Assembly (NCBI GenBank): GCA_028691795.1
Contig: JAQUYQ010000001.1
Coordinates: 106,699-170,698, forward strand
Length of the DNA stretch: 64,000 nt
Direction: 5' to 3'
Origin: Herbinix sp.
GTDB taxonomy: Bacteria; Bacillota; Clostridia; Lachnospirales; Lachnospiraceae
Part shown: piece by piece, positions 59,125 through 64,000 of the stretch
How the letters are laid out: each line of letters opens with the position of its first letter
How positions within the stretch are numbered: the stretch's first letter is position 1
Translations under genes and position numbers: made by a program
Notes under the pieces: generated by a model
What the model was told of the DNA's origin: nothing
Databases searched by the model: none
What the model saw: the letters and a program-made list of their open reading frames with translations, nothing else

Positions 59125-60084
59125 TCAGAGAATAAACGAGCTGGAGTTGGATTCTACGGAATCCAAATTAAAAGATTTGTTTTCCTTCTTGATAGCATCC
59201 TTGGAGAGCTTTGTCGACATAACACTATTAACTCGCATTTTGTCAGACATGCCTTCTAGACGCTTGATCATTTCGTTCTGTTTCTTGATAACTTTTTCTC
59301 TATCCTTGATATCAGAAGATTTTCCGATTCGAGTTTCATTAAGCTCAATGAGATTCTTTTGATAATCGAGATATTCAGAAATCTTCATCTTAGAATAAAA
59401 AAAATAGAAAATGAGTTCTCTTAGAACCGGGATAACCGAAAGAACTGCAATAATTACAGCAGCGGTTATTCCACCAACAGCAATGAAAGATTCTTTAACC
59501 ATAATATCACTCGCTTTAAGTGCTTTGGTCATCGAACCACTTGCCACGGATTTATTAAATTGCTTTATACTATCAAATGCCACATATGAGAAATTTTCTT
59601 TTGCAATCTTAAGTTTAAAAGACCCATTAATGGGAAATTTAACAAAGTCAATGTATGCACTTGAAAGCAATGATGTAGATTCTATACAAGAAGCTACCAT
59701 AGAGCAGTACAATAGCTGAACAAAGCTATTGTTCATTTTGAAACCGCGTTCGAAAACGGGCTTCATGTTTTTTAAATTAATGATACAATTTTCTACTTCC
59801 ATAATCTCAGACGAACTGACAGATGATACTGACAATAATCGTTTGATAATATCGAGGGTAGACATCATTGGTCCATATCCCGAATAGGCGGTTATATCAC
59901 CCTTCGAGTTAGGTATATTTTCAAAATCTATACGACTCTTTTTAAGAATAGAATCATATAGAGTTTTCATCATAGCATTATCGATATTTTCAAGTTCGGC
60001 TTGCTCCATACAATAGATTTTTTGTTTCTCTTTATATGTAGCATTTTCCAAAACTAGCCTTAAAGCATATGACGTTCCACTCAT
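59125..60084 (-). CDS. Virion structural protein with a hydrophobic segment
   Basis: IPNSKGDIT motif; MVKES then a TM-like helix and RELIFYFF. Confidence 0.55.
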   Translation of the reverse strand: MSGTSYALRLVLENATYKEKQKIYCMEQAELENIDNAMMKTLYDSILKKSRIDFENIPNSKGDITAYSGYGPMMSTLDIIKRLLSVSSVSSSEIMEVENCIINLKNMKPVFERGFKMNNSFVQLLYCSMVASCIESTSLLSSAYIDFVKFPINGSFKLKIAKENFSYVAFDSIKQFNKSVASGSMTKALKASDIMVKESFIAVGGITAAVIIAVLSVIPVLRELIFYFFYSKMKISEYLDYQKNLIELNETRIGKSSDIKDREKVIKKQNEMIKRLEGMSDKMRVNSVMSTKLSKDAIKKENKSFNLDSVESNSSSFIL

Positions 60085-60105
60085 TTTGGTTTCCTCCTTT
60101 CCTTA

Positions 60106-61368
60106 TTAATAGCTACGGTTTAACATCTTTAGCATATCTTTAAATTTCTTCTCGTCTCTACCGTTTTCACGTTCAAGACCAGAAAAAGAAGTAGTCTGGA
60201 AAGAATTGTTGCCATCGAATAAGAAGTGAGCCATTTTAGTGAAATCGTCAACAACAACGAATCCTAAGAGGAAGAAGGAATTCATAATTTTATATATGAC
60301 CCTTTCATCCATTAAGTTAATCCCGTATTGTTCCTTAAGGATATTGACCTCTTCCATTCCTACTACAATAGTAGCATTCGGAAGAATTGCCTTACTGGGA
60401 TTAACGAGTTTCATCGCATTCTTAACAGCTTTACGCCGTTTAAGAGCAATCCACCAATTTGAACGACCGAGACTTCTATCAGCGACGTCGCTCTTAATAT
60501 CATCGACATTAAGAAGGAAATCTTTAAAGAAAGAAATCTCACCAGTAGTCCATCGAATGAAGTTGAAGAATACCGAAGAGTTAATTACAGCTCTTTGGAT
60601 ATTATCAATAACTTCAAGAGAGGTAACAGGATGCATAACGGCTTTAACACCAATTAAAATATCCTGAAAACCAACAGCACTTTTATCTTTTTCGTTGATA
60701 ACTCGGACTCGGATTTGTATCAATGTGGAAATAAGCTCATTAGCTTTTTTCACATCATTATCAACAAGTTTCTGAGTAGGGAGATCATCATGAACTCGAA
60801 TTTCTTTTTTAGGTGGAACAGCTACTGCTTCCCTAACATTAAAGAGATTTGGAGTTTTATATCCAATATCGTTTAATGATACATGGTTAATAGTATCTGC
60901 TTGCAAAGTTAAATCTCGAGAATTTGATTCTATGAGTGCTTTAGTATTACCAGAGAATTCTCCAGCAAACATAATCACGTTTTCGTTTTCATAAATAGCC
61001 GTATAGTTTTCAAAAACTTTACCGGCTAAATTATCAACCATATCAGGAAGTAACCTGTCACGGTCATCACTATTTTGATGAAATTGTTTAATATAATCGA
61101 CCATGGATGAACCGTTTCCTAATTCTTGAGTAGGATTCAAATTCATCGCCAACTGAGTAACCGTGCTCATTTCTCGTTCAATCGCTTTAGTAACTATTTG
61201 TGCAGTTTCCAAATCTATAGAACGTGAAATAATCACAGGAAATTGGAGTGTAGCCTCTTTAGCCATTTGGGTTATCGAGCGGCTTTTATTACGTTTAAAC
61301 AAACTAACTAACTCATTATCGTTTGCAACGTCTTTAGCCATACTCACAACATCTGCGAAAACACCCAA
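60106..61368 (-). CDS. Virion structural protein
   Basis: LQFPV, KKANEL, IRWTTGEISFFKDFL; late promoter at 61396-61407. Confidence 0.55.
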   Translation of the reverse strand: MGVFADVVSMAKDVANDNELVSLFKRNKSRSITQMAKEATLQFPVIISRSIDLETAQIVTKAIEREMSTVTQLAMNLNPTQELGNGSSMVDYIKQFHQNSDDRDRLLPDMVDNLAGKVFENYTAIYENENVIMFAGEFSGNTKALIESNSRDLTLQADTINHVSLNDIGYKTPNLFNVREAVAVPPKKEIRVHDDLPTQKLVDNDVKKANELISTLIQIRVRVINEKDKSAVGFQDILIGVKAVMHPVTSLEVIDNIQRAVINSSVFFNFIRWTTGEISFFKDFLLNVDDIKSDVADRSLGRSNWWIALKRRKAVKNAMKLVNPSKAILPNATIVVGMEEVNILKEQYGINLMDERVIYKIMNSFFLLGFVVVDDFTKMAHFLFDGNNSFQTTSFSGLERENGRDEKKFKDMLKMLNRSY

Positions 61369-61443
61369 AATAATTCACCCTTTCTTTATTATATTTATAA
61401 TTATGTTTTGAGAACTAGATAAACTCTAACGAAAAGACAAAAA

Positions 61444-61480
61444 AATAAGAGTAAGTGATGTTACTCACTTACTCTTATTT
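61444..61480. terminator. Terminator after thyX
   Basis: AATAAGAGTAAGTGA/TCACTTACTCTTATT. Confidence 0.7.
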
Positions 61481-61486
61481 AGATAA

Positions 61487-62683
61487 TTATATTTTTCCTT
61501 TAAGGGGATTCCCACAGCTTAGGCCTTTTTCTTTGCACCCGTCATAACAACAATCAGGTTTAAAATTTCCAAACAGGAATCTCTCTTCAGCGGGAATGTG
61601 TGCCAGCATATATAATGCAAGCTCCCGGATTTCGGTCTGAGCGTTGTTACAGAGTCTAAGTTTAAAGAAATTCGAAAGACCTCTAGGGTTGGCAACAATT
61701 CTTGCTTTGATCGTAAATCCATTCGGGATCATAGTTAAATCAGGAAATGATTTACGAGTCAGATAGTCAGATATTTCATTCATTAAATCGGAATACTTCT
61801 TATTATATTCTTCATTGATTCGAATTGACTCGGGAATATAATATTTGAAGTCATTGACCGATGTTAATGGCTGCCTAAAGATTTTAAGATGTCTATGCCT
61901 AATAAGCTGGTGATAACAACAGAGTGAGAGTAGAATCTCGAAAGAATACTCAACGTGTTCGACTATAGAGACATGACCATAATCGATTACTCTCTGTGCT
62001 ATCGGAGAATCCTTTGGTATATCATAATTAAACGATTTCGAACCAGATATAGCAGCAGCAAAGCTGACTTTCTGATTCGGAAGCATATAATCTTCGTTGT
62101 CCTTTACACTCATAAAGGACATGGTATCTATATTGTGTTCAAATATATGCTGGTTTAGGGCATATATTTGAAGAATGGTTCCCATGTCTTCAGATATTGA
62201 GTAAAGCTCATTATGAAAATCATTTCCAAAAACAAACGAATACTCAGATGAAAACATGAGATTCAAAAGCTCGAAGAATTTACCACCGTCAAACGTCATT
62301 ATCAAATTAGTGTTAGATGCAATGGGTAAAATATATCGAGCATCCTCATATGGGATACCATATTTAAAATCGGTCTTTTTTGGTCTACCCGTTCCCGAGT
62401 AGGTTTCACTAAGTTCAGTCATTTCATGATACAGATCATACATCCGCTTTTCCAGAGGATGCATATCTGAAGCTTCTTTATTTGCTGATACATAGCGCTG
62501 GGATTGTTGAGTATAAGAATACTTCAATTCACATAATAACATGGATTGAAATCTGTTTATATCCTCAAATACCAATGTTACAGCATACTGGTTACACTCA
62601 TTGAGTAAGTTGTGGATATTTCCTTTTCTGGTTAAGATGTCTGCTATATAACCTAGGTTATCGCTTATGCTTCTTATTCTCAT
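61487..62683 (-). CDS. thyX: Flavin-dependent thymidylate synthase, tandem two-domain form
   Basis: SQRYV and DARYILP in the N-half; GHVSIVEH, HQLIRHR and LRL..AQTEIRELA in the C-half. Confidence 0.82.
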   Translation of the reverse strand: MRIRSISDNLGYIADILTRKGNIHNLLNECNQYAVTLVFEDINRFQSMLLCELKYSYTQQSQRYVSANKEASDMHPLEKRMYDLYHEMTELSETYSGTGRPKKTDFKYGIPYEDARYILPIASNTNLIMTFDGGKFFELLNLMFSSEYSFVFGNDFHNELYSISEDMGTILQIYALNQHIFEHNIDTMSFMSVKDNEDYMLPNQKVSFAAAISGSKSFNYDIPKDSPIAQRVIDYGHVSIVEHVEYSFEILLSLCCYHQLIRHRHLKIFRQPLTSVNDFKYYIPESIRINEEYNKKYSDLMNEISDYLTRKSFPDLTMIPNGFTIKARIVANPRGLSNFFKLRLCNNAQTEIRELALYMLAHIPAEERFLFGNFKPDCCYDGCKEKGLSCGNPLKGKI

Positions 62684-62822
62684 TTTTATCCTCCTCCCCA
62701 GTATATTCTTCTATAGGGGCATATCTACAGATATATCCCGGAATACGTTTATTTCTTCTACACTTTTCTCTGTCTTCCTTGGTAATTCCCTCAAGGAATT
62801 CCTGTAAAATCGTAGTAATCAT
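62658..62822 (-). CDS. Small hypothetical protein (54 aa, not in the ORF track)
   Basis: AAGGAG SD; MITTILQEFLEG...; overlaps the thyX start; early promoter at 62963-62972. Confidence 0.45.
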   Translation of the reverse strand: MITTILQEFLEGITKEDREKCRRNKRIPGYICRYAPIEEYTGEEDKNENKKHKR

Positions 62823-63036
62823 AAATAACTCGACTCCTTCTAAAATATTATGTTATAGTTTATTTTCAAATAATAAACTATCACTGTATTTCGAAGTCCG
62901 TTATTTTATAATTCCTTTCTTTTACACGTCATGTGAAACAAATTATACATTGTCTCACGCTAATAATATATATTTATTTTTAAAAGGTATTTCAACAATT
63001 AATTAAAGCTAATTGTAAAAGGAGGCGAGATAAACT

Positions 63037-64000
63037 ATGATGAGATATAAAGTAGTTTGTGTCTCTATATGGACCACAACAGCGTGGAATAAATTTGGTA
63101 GTGTCAATGATAAAACTTGCGGTCTTGTTTATACGAACGATGAGTTTGATGTTACCGAATTAAAAACATACGATGGAGCAACTCGAGCTCACATGACAAG
63201 TGGAATGTGGGTTACCGTTATAACAAGCGGTGGAACAACATATGCAAAAATGATAAGTAAAACAGAAGAACCCCCAATTGTTCCCGAACCTAACCCCGTA
63301 ACCGGGTATGAAGAATATGAAGAGAAACAGGTTAGTGCAGAAATAGATGCCGATATGTATAATATGTTATTGGCAAATTCCAGAAAGAATAGTGATATCG
63401 TTCTAGGTACTACTAAACTTTATGGAAGCCCATTTCAATTTCTTCCATCAACCGATTATAGATCTCTTGGTTCAAATGATAAAATAGGTCGTACTTATGC
63501 TCAGTATATTATAGGAGAAGCTCCTATTGTATCACTGATGCCGGGAAAACCTTTCTATCTTCCGTCGACATCAGATTCTCAGAGAAAAAGTTTAGAAGCT
63601 TTAATGGGTGGATCTGTCAGCGGCGTTGAAAAAACAGCATTTAAAGAAATCATATCAACTCTTAAAAAGGGCGATACTCGATATTTTGATTTCCAAACCG
63701 ACTATAATACATACATGACATATGTAAACTTCTTATGTCGTTTATGTGCATATTATCTCGGAATAGAGGATGAAACTGCTCCTGGTAGTACTGTGCCCTT
63801 TAAGAAGTTTAACTGGAAGAATTATAAATTCCGACAGGATTTTGTTAAATATCAAAATTATGGTATATGGGACACTGTTGAACAAGGATTAAATGATGCA
63901 ACTGGTAAATACCGGTATGTGGAATTCTTTGCTGATTCAAATTCTTCTATGAGTGAATCAGCCAGTAACTCCACGACCAACTCCATGTTCGAGGGTTTAA
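63037..64000 (+). CDS. Virion/baseplate protein with N-terminal SH3-like domain; runs off the window edge
   Basis: AAGGAGG SD; late promoter at 62994-63005; frame open to the edge (..YGSPFQFLPSTDYR...GRTYAQ..APIVSLMPGKP..). Confidence 0.6.
   Translation, partial: MMRYKVVCVSIWTTTAWNKFGSVNDKTCGLVYTNDEFDVTELKTYDGATRAHMTSGMWVTVITSGGTTYAKMISKTEEPPIVPEPNPVTGYEEYEEKQVSAEIDADMYNMLLANSRKNSDIVLGTTKLYGSPFQFLPSTDYRSLGSNDKIGRTYAQYIIGEAPIVSLMPGKPFYLPSTSDSQRKSLEALMGGSVSGVEKTAFKEIISTLKKGDTRYFDFQTDYNTYMTYVNFLCRLCAYYLGIEDETAPGSTVPFKKFNWKNYKFRQDFVKYQNYGIWDTVEQGLNDATGKYRYVEFFADSNSSMSESASNSTTNSMFEGL

Noticed and set aside
1-64000. Alternative genetic code, or phage-nucleus genes (chimallin, PhuZ)
   Set aside because: Genes read full length under code 11 with all three stops used and no suppressor tRNA; no tubulin or recognisable shell protein in this window

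Overview
A 64 kb segment of an AT-rich jumbo myophage of the AR9/PBS1 (phiKZ-related) type. The GGAGG Shine-Dalgarno sites, B12-dependent NrdJ and Firmicute-type tRNAs and tmRNA point to an anaerobic Firmicute host (inference). Structural genes: major capsid protein, T4 gp21-like prohead protease, neck protein, a block of internal head paralogues, gp25/gp26-like baseplate genes. Transcription genes: two split multisubunit RNAP beta' fragments and an AR9 gp226-like sigma-like specificity factor, two genes from a GroEL-like chaperonin. Replication and nucleotide genes: PolB catalytic subunit, primase, RNase HI, SF2 helicase, NrdJ, dCMP deaminase, ThyX. Two promoter classes recur: late AACA-N6-TA (18 intergenic copies) and early TATATATTAT (9 copies). 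The most unusual region is a 2.7 kb RNA-gene island (49.5-52.2 kb) with four tRNAs, a tmRNA and several structured RNAs I cannot assign. These include a ~620-nt GC-rich RNA with reiterated loop motifs, inside a segment bracketed by two copies of an ~80-nt T-loop element with compensatory hairpin changes. Also notable: a macrodomain/NADAR/ART-like ADP-ribosylation cluster, tandem orphan MazF-like genes, a probable -1 frameshift in the gp26-like gene, and AR9-type promoters alongside a thymidylate synthase (AR9's promoters need uracil in the DNA). All homology calls come from recognised motifs or recalled sequences; no searches were run.
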